Below are positions 9,638 through 18,915 of a stretch of 64,000 nt of DNA, one piece after another. Positions within the stretch are counted from its first letter, which is position 1. Every line of letters begins with the position of its first letter. The translations under genes were made by a program, and so were the position numbers. The stretch spans positions 1 through 64,000 of IMG/VR virus record IMGVR_UViG_3300020446_000006. The stretch is one strand, 5' to 3'. The DNA comes from a virus. The notes under the pieces were generated by a model. It searched no databases. It saw only the letters and a program-made list of their open reading frames with translations, and was not told the DNA's origin.

Positions 9638-10164
9638 TAGGTTGTGGTGTTTGATTCCCAGTACTGGAATGCCCAAGTACAACTGAATCTTTCAATCTGA
9701 TCATTGTCTGCATATGACAGAGCGATCGGTGAAAGATCTTGTGGATATGCTCCACGAAAGTTGTATGTTTTAAGTATGTCACCACTACGATCAAGTTGTT
9801 CAACCTTAAGATCAGCTTCGTATGAAATCGGAACTGAAAGACCGGTATTTGCAGAGTGTGCATTAATACCGTTCATCCAACGCTCAATTGCATCGCGAAT
9901 CGCAAAGTCAGTATCGTTAATGATGGTTGTTGTCCATTCTGCGAATGTACGATCACCAGCCATCTTTAATACACGACCTCTGAAATTTACTGGAATCTGA
10001 CCGAAAGTCGATCCTGGTAGTTCAGCAGCTTCACAAAGGAATGATGTTAATTCAGGATCACCATTAGCGAAACCTGGATAGTTGATCGTTGCCTGAAAGA
10101 GGTTAGGGCGTGCGCCACCGCCTCTCAGCTTTGACTTAAAGTCGTCTACTCCGAGAATTGCCAT
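9637..10164 (-). CDS. gp19: Tail tube protein
   Basis: GGGARPNLF, NFRGRVLKMAGDRTFAEWTTTIINDTDF, VEQLDRSG. Confidence 0.96.
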   Translation of the reverse strand: MAILGVDDFKSKLRGGGARPNLFQATINYPGFANGDPELTSFLCEAAELPGSTFGQIPVNFRGRVLKMAGDRTFAEWTTTIINDTDFAIRDAIERWMNGINAHSANTGLSVPISYEADLKVEQLDRSGDILKTYNFRGAYPQDLSPIALSYADNDQIERFSCTWAFQYWESNTTT

Positions 10165-10178
10165 TGTTCATTACCTCC

Positions 10179-11933
10179 TTACACTGTGCCTACGACTTCT
10201 TCGAAGTCAACACCGGTACGAACAGCTACAAAGTTCAGAGTAACAAAGTTAATCGAGCGCGCTGGCTTGATAAAGATGTTAGCGATGAACTCGTTGCGAT
10301 CTACAACAGCCGGAGTATTGTTGGTTTCATCACAGACAACTCTAAAGTCTGTAATACCACGCCGACCTTGTACTTCACGAAGTACTGGTTCTACGATATT
10401 GACGAACTCAGCTCGAGTAAACTCATCGTTAAACTCGAACATTACTTGTTCAGCTGCGCGACCAATTGCTCTTTCAAGTACAAGGAACAAACGACGTACG
10501 TTAATTCGGTCAAATGCTGAAGGTCGACCAAGCTTCGTCTTATCGCCGAAGAGAAGTACACCTTGACCTGGAATGTTAGCAATCGGATTCACACTTGCTT
10601 TATACAGAGTATCTCTCTGTGATTTTGTTGGTGAGAATGCAATCGCAGTAATTCCAAGATATTGACCGCGTCGTGAACCTGCGGGTGAGAACCATGGTGC
10701 ACGATTAAGATCGGTAGCAGCCATAATTCCAGCAGTTGATGATGCAGCAGGAATATTAATAAACTGATCATTATACTTGTCGTATATCTTCAAGAAATTT
10801 CCGTCATTGACAAGATATGATGAGTTTGTGAATGTATTTGCTGTTGTTACAATGTTATTTGTCATTGTAGCAGTATTAGTTAGACCAAGAATATCTGTAC
10901 GTGCAGGTGACGCTGCAACCACACAATCTTTACGAAGTGATTGTGCTGTCGCTATCAAGTCATTTACGATAGTTGTCTGATCTGCACGAGCATTTAGTGA
11001 AGGAGAAATTAAGAAGTCAACTTCTACAATATCCTTATCTTCGTATAGATCATATCCTTGTAGATATTCAGATACACCAAGCATTCCGGAATTTACACCT
11101 TTTGCAAAGTTAAAATCTGTATCTGTATTTAGTGCAGTCATAAACGTATCGCCACTATCTATTTGTGTTGATGCTCCTGCTGCCTGATAGTCTGAGTCCC
11201 AATTAACCATCCATACGTATCCGGAACGGTTATTGATAATGTCTTTTCCATAGTTAGTTGTTCCATCTGCATTCTTTGCATCATCAGCAATTGATACAAA
11301 TGGATATGTTTCAAGTACAGCACCTTTGGTTCCTGTAAACTCTCCACCTTTATCAACAACTACCATGTGTACTTCATCATTTGCAGCATTACGATCTGCT
11401 GCATAGTCTGATGTACCTGGTGGTGCATCGAATTCATCTTTATATGACCATGCATTAAATGCAGAATCACTCGGCGGACAGATTGAAACTTGAAGTGAAT
11501 TACCTAACTCGCCTGGAAAACGAGCGATAAATGTATGTGAATCTGAATCAAGACCTGCTGTTTGTGCTTCGAAGTCTTGTGTATTCTTTACTAATTCTGT
11601 TGGTAGACTTCCATCGGAATCAGTTCCTAACTGACCACGAACTGAACGTGAATTTAGCGCGCTACCATCTACTTCTCTTGTTACAAACAGTGAACCTGAA
11701 TAACGTAAGAAATAAACAGCCGAATGGAAATCGATGGTGTTGTCTGAGTCAGGCACAGCAAAGGTATTAACAAGAGTTGCCTCATTGTCTACCAATACTC
11801 TTTCTTCGGCAGGACCCCAACGATAATTGCCAACAATTGCGCCTGTAGTCGACTGTACGTTCGGAACGCCACCAGTCAGATCTATCTCTTTGACGACAAC
11901 CGCTGGACTTGCAGACGGTGTACCTAATGCCAT
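10179..11933 (-). CDS. gp18: Tail sheath protein
   Basis: SPAVVVKEIDLT, WGP, PWFSPAG, LFGDKT...SAFDRINVRRLF, FEFNDEFTR, IKPARSINF. Confidence 0.98.
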   Translation of the reverse strand: MALGTPSASPAVVVKEIDLTGGVPNVQSTTGAIVGNYRWGPAEERVLVDNEATLVNTFAVPDSDNTIDFHSAVYFLRYSGSLFVTREVDGSALNSRSVRGQLGTDSDGSLPTELVKNTQDFEAQTAGLDSDSHTFIARFPGELGNSLQVSICPPSDSAFNAWSYKDEFDAPPGTSDYAADRNAANDEVHMVVVDKGGEFTGTKGAVLETYPFVSIADDAKNADGTTNYGKDIINNRSGYVWMVNWDSDYQAAGASTQIDSGDTFMTALNTDTDFNFAKGVNSGMLGVSEYLQGYDLYEDKDIVEVDFLISPSLNARADQTTIVNDLIATAQSLRKDCVVAASPARTDILGLTNTATMTNNIVTTANTFTNSSYLVNDGNFLKIYDKYNDQFINIPAASSTAGIMAATDLNRAPWFSPAGSRRGQYLGITAIAFSPTKSQRDTLYKASVNPIANIPGQGVLLFGDKTKLGRPSAFDRINVRRLFLVLERAIGRAAEQVMFEFNDEFTRAEFVNIVEPVLREVQGRRGITDFRVVCDETNNTPAVVDRNEFIANIFIKPARSINFVTLNFVAVRTGVDFEEVVGTV

Positions 11934-11992
11934 TTTATCTTCCTTCGATTAAAAATTATATGGTTCCATAATACGATTAGTCAACTTGCTAT

Positions 11993-12000
11993 TATTTATA
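11993..12000 (-). promoter_or_regulatory. T4-type late promoter TATAAATA
   Basis: TATTTATA on + in the gp17-gp18 intergenic region. Confidence 0.8.
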
Positions 12001-12011
12001 ACTTTGTTACT

Positions 12012-13634
12012 CTACAGATCTTCAGGTTCAAATATGAATCGTTGTGTGTCTTCTTCTCGTATTGCCCATGGATCTTGTTCTCTTTCAATCGCATTAATTG
12101 CTTCTGTACCATCATCAATAAATCCAAATGGTACCACATCATCTTCGATCTCTTTCATCTTTTGTTTAAAGAGCATGTCTTTTAAATTAATATCGGTCAT
12201 GTCAGCAAAGTACTGTGTAGATACAAAATAGCCAAACATTACAAGGTTCATCATGAGATCATCGTGATTACCATCAGATGCTTCGTATGACTGACCTCGA
12301 GCTTCAAACGTAGAAATCTCAAGAATTGTTTGTTCATCTACAATTTTAAGTTTATTATTTTCTAGAATGTCTTTGATAGCAGAACAGCCAAGTCTTTTGG
12401 ACTTGCGTGTTATCTCTATGCCGATCGCATTTGCTTTTACTGAGGACTCAACGTGGACATTTTCATATTCTAAATCGTGGTAAAGTCCATTGCAGACAAC
12501 TGACCCTTGGTCATTTGATTCAATTACAACATAAGCATCATTGTAGACTTTTGCGTACTTATATATAATGTTAGGGAAGAGTATTGGAGAAATAGTGTTG
12601 TTGCGATATACAGCAACCTGTCTAAACGGGCGAACGCTTATATCGATCAAGTTGAATGTAGAATAATCCTGGCCTCTTCCCTTGCTTACATCAACAGTCA
12701 TAATATAATCTTTTTTCTTATTGGGCTCCTCATATATTTTAAGGTGCCCACCTTCTAGAAGCTTCTTATAACGACCTGCTCTGAATCCCATTAATGTTTC
12801 TGCATTAATGAGCGTATCGCCTGTACCAAAGAATGTATTGCCAAATTCCTGGTCAAACTGTAATTGACTCGTATTTGATATAGTTTGTTTTTTCCAATCT
12901 TCGTCTCGACCAGGTACATCCCACCAATCAACTCGAAAAGATTGAAACTCATTTACATTTTGTACCGCCCCTTCCCAGATCTTATGAAATTGATTCCCGA
13001 TTCCGTTTGCCGTCGAGGTGATGATAACTTTTGTGTCTTTACCTGCTGAGACAACCGGATAGGTAGAAGTGTAGAACTCAGCTGCACGCTCAACGAAAGC
13101 AAACTCGTCAAGATAAAGAAGGTTGACAGACATACCGCGTATACTAGAGCCAGAAGTAGCAGCAGCAATGATCCGAGAATTATTGCTAAACTCAAGAGAA
13201 CCTTTGTTAAGAGCCTTTGACCCAGGCTGCAGAAAAAACGGAATATTCTCGAGCATAAGCGTAATCCTCGATAACATTTCACGCGCAGTAGCGCCTTTGT
13301 TAGCGAGTATAGCGATCGTTTTTTCAGGGTTGAAGAGCGCATACCAAAGCAAATACGCGCATGCGGATATTGATTTACCAGATTGACGACATGCGAGAAC
13401 GACATTAAATCTATTTTCCTCGAAGTGTTTAAACATTTGCTTTTGATATGGATATAAATGAAAAGGCACTAAGCCGGAATCAAGTGCAATTACTTTCACA
13501 TACTCCTCAGCAAAGTGTATAGGATTAATCATACACTTTTTATATTCTTTTAGAAGATCAGGTGTCCATTTTTGTAATACACCATCTCTTTTTACATTAG
13601 GATTTCCGAGATACGACTCGTTCTGGCTCAGCAT
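12012..13634 (-). CDS. gp17: Terminase large subunit
   Basis: YLGNPNVK, Walker A RQSGKS, Walker B LYLDEFAF, ITSTANG, nuclease VDVSKGRGQDYS and HDDLMM. Confidence 0.98.
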   Translation of the reverse strand: MLSQNESYLGNPNVKRDGVLQKWTPDLLKEYKKCMINPIHFAEEYVKVIALDSGLVPFHLYPYQKQMFKHFEENRFNVVLACRQSGKSISACAYLLWYALFNPEKTIAILANKGATAREMLSRITLMLENIPFFLQPGSKALNKGSLEFSNNSRIIAAATSGSSIRGMSVNLLYLDEFAFVERAAEFYTSTYPVVSAGKDTKVIITSTANGIGNQFHKIWEGAVQNVNEFQSFRVDWWDVPGRDEDWKKQTISNTSQLQFDQEFGNTFFGTGDTLINAETLMGFRAGRYKKLLEGGHLKIYEEPNKKKDYIMTVDVSKGRGQDYSTFNLIDISVRPFRQVAVYRNNTISPILFPNIIYKYAKVYNDAYVVIESNDQGSVVCNGLYHDLEYENVHVESSVKANAIGIEITRKSKRLGCSAIKDILENNKLKIVDEQTILEISTFEARGQSYEASDGNHDDLMMNLVMFGYFVSTQYFADMTDINLKDMLFKQKMKEIEDDVVPFGFIDDGTEAINAIEREQDPWAIREEDTQRFIFEPEDL

Positions 13635-13956
13635 CTATAACATCATCTTGTTTTAACATTTTCTGTATATCGGTAGTAGAACCAAGAAAGTAATTATTCT
13701 GCTGGTTCTCTACTTGTTTCACATCATCTTTTCTATCCATCTCTTTTTGTTTCTTATTAAGATCCATAAGTCGATCATTTACATCAGAAACATTTTTAAT
13801 CATGCCTGATAAAACTTCATAAGCTCTTGGATGCTCAGACTCGCGAGCAACCTCAATCATATTTTCGAGAGCATCTTTACCTTTTTCGATTAGCTCATAA
13901 TATGTTTCACGTGAGTAATCGTAATCACTACTTACATTATCTTTTTCGTTAGACAT
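13597..13956 (-). CDS. gp16: Terminase small subunit
   Basis: DYDYSRETYYELIEKG...ARESEHPRAYEV...FLGSTTDIQKML; ATG at 13956 preferred over the track start. Confidence 0.9.
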   Translation of the reverse strand: MSNEKDNVSSDYDYSRETYYELIEKGKDALENMIEVARESEHPRAYEVLSGMIKNVSDVNDRLMDLNKKQKEMDRKDDVKQVENQQNNYFLGSTTDIQKMLKQDDVIDAEPERVVSRKS

Positions 13957-13968
13957 ATTCAATCCTAA

Positions 13969-14763
13969 TTATATCGGCGCGTTTGCACTATCTATTGTTA
14001 TATCAAATCCAAAATCACTATCAGGCATACCGATTATAGTAGTAGGATCTGGAGTTACAATCAATCTTTCTGCTTTAATATCAGAATCACCACCTGCTCC
14101 AGTATCCATAAAGAAAAGATCAGCAACAGACTTACGAATGATATCGCTGTTTGCGATCGGACCGTAGAAGCTGACTTTCATTTCGAAAGAAAGAGTATAT
14201 ATAATCGTTCTTCTTGCTTCTTGTTGTCCTTCAAAATCGTCGCTGAATGTTAAACCTTGTATAATAATCGGAATGTCTTCTTTAAAATCCGGATAATCGT
14301 CAGGAAAAGGTTTAATCGTTAATGTGTATTGCGGATTAAAAGTCGGTATAATTTGCTCTACAATCTGCAATGCGTCGTCTTGACTCTTAGCATATACGTT
14401 TAAATCAAAATTAATATTATATGGTACAGGCGAATAAAACTTTGTTCTTTGTGCAGTCGTTTGTCCTAATGTTTTAAAGGTTGAAACTTTTGTAAGTTGC
14501 CGTGTATTGTCATACGTAAACGAAGTAATTTCAAATGACATTCTCGGTAATTTAATTGCTGTCTTTGTATCAGTATCTAAGTCAGGCTGTTGTCTGATTC
14601 TTTCAAGGTACTTCATTCTCGGTGCATAAGCTAGCGGCACTTTTAGTTGGTTTAGTACACCGCCTGCAGAGTTCTTACGAACAACATAAATGTTGTTAAA
14701 GAGTCTGCCAAATATTGAAACAGACTTTCGAATCTTCTCATGATAAAAATGTGTACCAAACAT
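13969..14763 (-). CDS. gp15: Tail sheath stabiliser / terminator
   Basis: FYHEKIRK...FGRLFNNI, KVPLAYAP, LPRMSFEI, QIVEQIIPTFNP. Confidence 0.94.
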   Translation of the reverse strand: MFGTHFYHEKIRKSVSIFGRLFNNIYVVRKNSAGGVLNQLKVPLAYAPRMKYLERIRQQPDLDTDTKTAIKLPRMSFEITSFTYDNTRQLTKVSTFKTLGQTTAQRTKFYSPVPYNINFDLNVYAKSQDDALQIVEQIIPTFNPQYTLTIKPFPDDYPDFKEDIPIIIQGLTFSDDFEGQQEARRTIIYTLSFEMKVSFYGPIANSDIIRKSVADLFFMDTGAGGDSDIKAERLIVTPDPTTIIGMPDSDFGFDITIDSANAPI

Positions 14764-15959
14764 TAGTTATTCTCCGGATCACCGAATGGATTATCTTCAC
14801 TAAAGTCAAGGAAGTCATCGACGGTAGTTGCTGAGAATATCTCATTCTGTTCGGTTTCTGATATCTTATTCAATTCTACAACGCTCTTTATTTCAAGACC
14901 AGTAATACTGTTATTAGTACTATTTATTAGTACACCATCGGCCGCGGCAAACGGAGGTAATGCTGAATCTTGTATGAATGTATGATACAATCCGTCATCA
15001 GCACCGACATGTGCAAGATAGATATGTCTAGATGAATCACCAGAAGAATCGAGTAGGATTCTTTGTATTTCACCAGACATCTTCACACCACTTGAGAATG
15101 TCTGTGTTACTGTATCGCCGACTGCAAAATCACTATCGACAGCAGATCCACCGATAAAGTTAATCGTAGGTGGTACACTATAACCATCTCCAGAGTCTGT
15201 AATCGTAATTGTACCGATTGCACCAAATGAATCAACTGTTGCCGTTGCTGCCGCGCTATCTCCAAGTACGATTGTATCACTGCTATCTGCAATAATTTGC
15301 AGAGTTGGCGGTGTTGTGTAATATCTGCCACCTTGTATTAGTGTAATTGCGCCAACATGATCACTGTCTAGAGTAATCGTAGCTGTAGCTTTCTTCGGCG
15401 CTTTTACTTCAATTACATATTGATATGTGCCAGACTGTTCGATATCTTGAATTGCAGCAATACTTGTATCGAAATCTTCTCCACTGTATTCGAAAAGGTT
15501 ACAGCGAAGTTTAAAAACCGGAAGATTTTCAATCTGATAGAATGGTTGTTCATGTTCTACATGGCCTATTTCAAACATTTTGTTTGTCAATGGTATGTAG
15601 ATCAAGTCACCTTCAACAGGTCTGTCTGCCACAATATCGTTATCAGGTCTACTAACCTGTGCTGCAAACCGAGAACGTGCAACTACGAGAGTTACTTCAT
15701 CTCGTATCTCAACACCGAACCTTGTAAATAAATCTCCTTCACCGTCAAAGCCTTCGACATTCTCAATGTACATTTCAATTTTATGAGATGTCGGAAAGCG
15801 AGATGTTGGATCTTCTCCAAGAAGAACATCTTCGCTTACAAGATCTCTTGGTAAATAATAAACGTCTTGACCATATATCTTGAGAGCCTCAATTACGAGG
15901 TTCTCATACATGTCCATTTCTGATCTGACTTTTTCTGAGAAGTAAAAGTTACGAGCCAT
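14763..15959 (-). CDS. gp14: Neck protein with inserted DS-rich beta domain
   Basis: IYGQDVYYLPR, GFDGEGDLFTRFGVEIRDE, RPVEGDLIY, FEYSGE, C-terminal DFSEDNPFG. Confidence 0.93.
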   Translation of the reverse strand: MARNFYFSEKVRSEMDMYENLVIEALKIYGQDVYYLPRDLVSEDVLLGEDPTSRFPTSHKIEMYIENVEGFDGEGDLFTRFGVEIRDEVTLVVARSRFAAQVSRPDNDIVADRPVEGDLIYIPLTNKMFEIGHVEHEQPFYQIENLPVFKLRCNLFEYSGEDFDTSIAAIQDIEQSGTYQYVIEVKAPKKATATITLDSDHVGAITLIQGGRYYTTPPTLQIIADSSDTIVLGDSAAATATVDSFGAIGTITITDSGDGYSVPPTINFIGGSAVDSDFAVGDTVTQTFSSGVKMSGEIQRILLDSSGDSSRHIYLAHVGADDGLYHTFIQDSALPPFAAADGVLINSTNNSITGLEIKSVVELNKISETEQNEIFSATTVDDFLDFSEDNPFGDPENN

Positions 15960-15963
15960 AATA

Positions 15964-16719
15964 TTATCCTATAAAGAAATCAGCTGGCATTTCAAACTCT
16001 AGTCTAATTCTTTCTCGCAACCTTTCTATTTCTGCTGTTGCATCGTCATAGATTTGACGACCGTTAAATGTGACACCACCCGGCAACTGTACACCTTCAA
16101 ACTTAATTAAGTTCATTCCCCATTGTTGTTTAATTAATGCTACAGAATATTCTTTCAGCCACATATCATTATAAATGGATGTATGAGTATCTGGATCTAT
16201 AAGTGTATAGACTTCTGCAACAACAAATTCACCGACTTTAAGATCTTCATCTGCAAAATCCCCAAAGATGTGAAGTCTGTCCTGATGCCGTGACCACTGC
16301 ACTTGAGCAGTACCGTTAAGCTTCATGTCTAGCAATGATAGATATTGTTGCATTTGTTCATAATAAGCAAGATCGCCTGCAAAATTCTGAAGATCAGCAA
16401 TATCATTTAACATCATCTGATATTTAATGTCGAAGAAGTTAAAAGATGAATTAAACGAAGATGCGATCGGAAATAGGCGTGATACTGTGAGCACATTACT
16501 TGGAATTGGTATGTACTCATTATTAATATCTGTCTGAGTAATCTGGTGTTTCAGATATGTTCGAACTGTGGCATCAGAGTGAAACTCTTGCCAATACTGA
16601 ATTGCCTCATCGATACGATCTTCAATCTGATCCTCGTCAACATTAATTTCGAGAACCGGATCTCCGAGCCGACGTAGACAATAATCAATCAGTTCTTGTC
16701 TGGTTGCTGGGTTCGCCAT
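15964..16719 (-). CDS. gp13: Neck protein
   Basis: LIDYCLRRLGDPVLEINVDEDQIEDRIDEA, KQQWGMNLIKFEGVQLPGGVTFNG. Confidence 0.95.
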   Translation of the reverse strand: MANPATRQELIDYCLRRLGDPVLEINVDEDQIEDRIDEAIQYWQEFHSDATVRTYLKHQITQTDINNEYIPIPSNVLTVSRLFPIASSFNSSFNFFDIKYQMMLNDIADLQNFAGDLAYYEQMQQYLSLLDMKLNGTAQVQWSRHQDRLHIFGDFADEDLKVGEFVVAEVYTLIDPDTHTSIYNDMWLKEYSVALIKQQWGMNLIKFEGVQLPGGVTFNGRQIYDDATAEIERLRERIRLEFEMPADFFIG

Positions 16720-16753
16720 AAAATAGTCTCCGACATGTAAAAAATCTTTTGAC

Positions 16754-16761
16754 TATTTATA
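16754..16761 (-). promoter_or_regulatory. T4-type late promoter TATAAATA
   Basis: TATTTATA on +, upstream of gp13. Confidence 0.8.
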
Positions 16762-16765
16762 TGTT

Positions 16766-18889
16766 TTAGGATCCTGAGTCGAACCAATTAAATCCATCAT
16801 TCCCGGTTTGCATGTAGTTATGAAGATTTGCTGCCGCAACAATTACGTTATTGTCCATGATAAGTGCGCCATTAAAAGATCCATTAGAACCTTCGGTACC
16901 AACGACGCCAGCAGCCGCCAATCCATTATTTACCACATCACCATGAATTATATTAGTTAATGAATATTTAGCACTGTCTAAGTTGTAAATATAAATCTGT
17001 CCCGCGCTGGCGCGTATCTCGGTACCGTCAGCAGATTCGGCTGCTGCGTAAGGAGCACCTACAATAATTGTATTTCCATCTGCAGACACGTCAAGAGAAG
17101 CACCATAGTATCTGTTTTCAACGCCCGTGCTATTCCCAGCAGAGTCTGGATATAACTCTTGAAATAGACTATATGCATCTGATCCAGTTGCTCCATCACT
17201 ATCTCTTTTCCATATCTGAACTCCACCGCAGTATACGTTATTACCAGGATTTTGGTTGTTATCTGCGTTTACTGCAAACACATTTGAGTTTGATCCTGGC
17301 GGATACATGCCTGTAGTCGGTCTTAAATGCGGCAATGACCATGCAATAATTTCGGCATCGCTGTCCATTGAAACGGTTTGTGAGTGCGTAAGACCATTGC
17401 TATTTCCAGACATAAATTTACTGGCATTAGACCCTGAATTTACAGGCCAAAGCTTTTGTTGATATTGCCACATCGAAGATCCCGAAGCAGCAATTCTTTT
17501 GTAGACATAACAGGCTCCGGTTTTTAAAGCCGTTCGAGGAACGGCTGATCCATACGTATTAGCTGTTGCTGCCATCCAATTTCCGTCTGCAGATATTGAT
17601 AGACTAGCACCAAATTTTCCATTTGCTACAACATCTGGACATTCAATAACTTGTTGAACAACTGGGTTCCATCCAGTTCCAGTTCCAGTTCTATTAAAAC
17701 AAATTAAAGCTCCCGCCTGAGCTTGATTATTTGCATACCAATAAGTATCACCTAAAGCCCAGTAATTACCTCCTGCATCAGTATCCATTTCTCCGACTTG
17801 ATCCATATCATTATTTACACATGAGGATGGAAGAGATCCAAAGACAGATGTAACGGCGTCGTTTAATTGATAATTCGTAGCGGTACTAAATGAGGTACGA
17901 TTTGGATATGCTCCTTGTATTTGTCCAATTCGTAGAGTATGACTAGGCCTATTATCAGTGGTGATTGCAAAATAATCTCCGCCTACAGCCACTGCAGCAC
18001 CACATTGCCAGCCTCCGTTACCTATAGACGGTCTATGCCATTGACTGTTCCAACTTCTAGAATTATCTTCCCAAGTTATTAGTTCAACGTTTCCATAATT
18101 AGTATAGCCTGATGCGCTTTGTGAAAATGGAGCGCCTGCAATAAATTCAATATGGCCTGGAGCTTTATTCTTTTTCAATCTATGAAATGACTGTTTGTTA
18201 GTGCCTGAACTCGCAGGTGTACCATGTAATTTATAATTGAATGTAGGACTATTCCATTGTGGTGCAAAAGAACCATCGGCATTTTGACCTGCTGTACCAA
18301 AGTTAAGATTGAGATCTCGAGCTATTGATGAAATTGCAACTCCGTCATTAACATTAAACGTCAAGGTTGCATTCGTAGTAGTAGCCGATCCTTGTGCTTT
18401 AGGTGTTACAACAAATCGTGCAGAATCATTTGCTTGTGTTAAAGCACCAGTCGCTAGTCCACTGAAATTACCATCTGAATCGACGGTAAATGTAAGTGGA
18501 TTTGTACTGTCATTTCCTGTTATAATAAATGTTGTAGTAGTAGCTCCATCTTTTGCAAGATTTACAGTTCCTTGTGGAGTTACCGCAATTGTAGGATCTT
18601 GATTTGTTAATTCATTCTTAAACCAATTTATTCCATTCGAGAAGTAAAATCGATTCTGATTTTGAGCATAGTAAATTTGTCCTTCATTATCACCTGCATT
18701 AGGAAGAACATTTGCCGCAGATATGACTTCAACACCAGGAGCTGATCGATTTGCTATATAACCTGAATCAATCAGAGCAATAATATTATCTGAATCCGTA
18801 CCTTCACCTAAAGCCAACAGCCTTAAGTTTGTAGGATTTTCTGCCTCTGTGGCACCCAGAAATCTTGCAATATCTCTACTTCTTGACAT
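16766..18889 (-). CDS. Virion beta-propeller protein (paralogue 2)
   Basis: FGASLSISADGNWMAA and YGASLDVSADGNTIIVGAP blades; shared N-terminal module. Confidence 0.7.
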   Translation of the reverse strand: MSRSRDIARFLGATEAENPTNLRLLALGEGTDSDNIIALIDSGYIANRSAPGVEVISAANVLPNAGDNEGQIYYAQNQNRFYFSNGINWFKNELTNQDPTIAVTPQGTVNLAKDGATTTTFIITGNDSTNPLTFTVDSDGNFSGLATGALTQANDSARFVVTPKAQGSATTTNATLTFNVNDGVAISSIARDLNLNFGTAGQNADGSFAPQWNSPTFNYKLHGTPASSGTNKQSFHRLKKNKAPGHIEFIAGAPFSQSASGYTNYGNVELITWEDNSRSWNSQWHRPSIGNGGWQCGAAVAVGGDYFAITTDNRPSHTLRIGQIQGAYPNRTSFSTATNYQLNDAVTSVFGSLPSSCVNNDMDQVGEMDTDAGGNYWALGDTYWYANNQAQAGALICFNRTGTGTGWNPVVQQVIECPDVVANGKFGASLSISADGNWMAATANTYGSAVPRTALKTGACYVYKRIAASGSSMWQYQQKLWPVNSGSNASKFMSGNSNGLTHSQTVSMDSDAEIIAWSLPHLRPTTGMYPPGSNSNVFAVNADNNQNPGNNVYCGGVQIWKRDSDGATGSDAYSLFQELYPDSAGNSTGVENRYYGASLDVSADGNTIIVGAPYAAAESADGTEIRASAGQIYIYNLDSAKYSLTNIIHGDVVNNGLAAAGVVGTEGSNGSFNGALIMDNNVIVAAANLHNYMQTGNDGFNWFDSGS

Positions 18890-18907
18890 CTTATATCCTT
18901 TTGACTT

Positions 18908-18915
18908 TATTTATA
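18908..18915 (-). promoter_or_regulatory. T4-type late promoter TATAAATA
   Basis: TATTTATA on + between the two propeller genes. Confidence 0.75.

Noticed and set aside
12012-13634. Possible intein or intron in the terminase
   Set aside because: Length and motif spacing are normal, with no Hint motifs or frame break.
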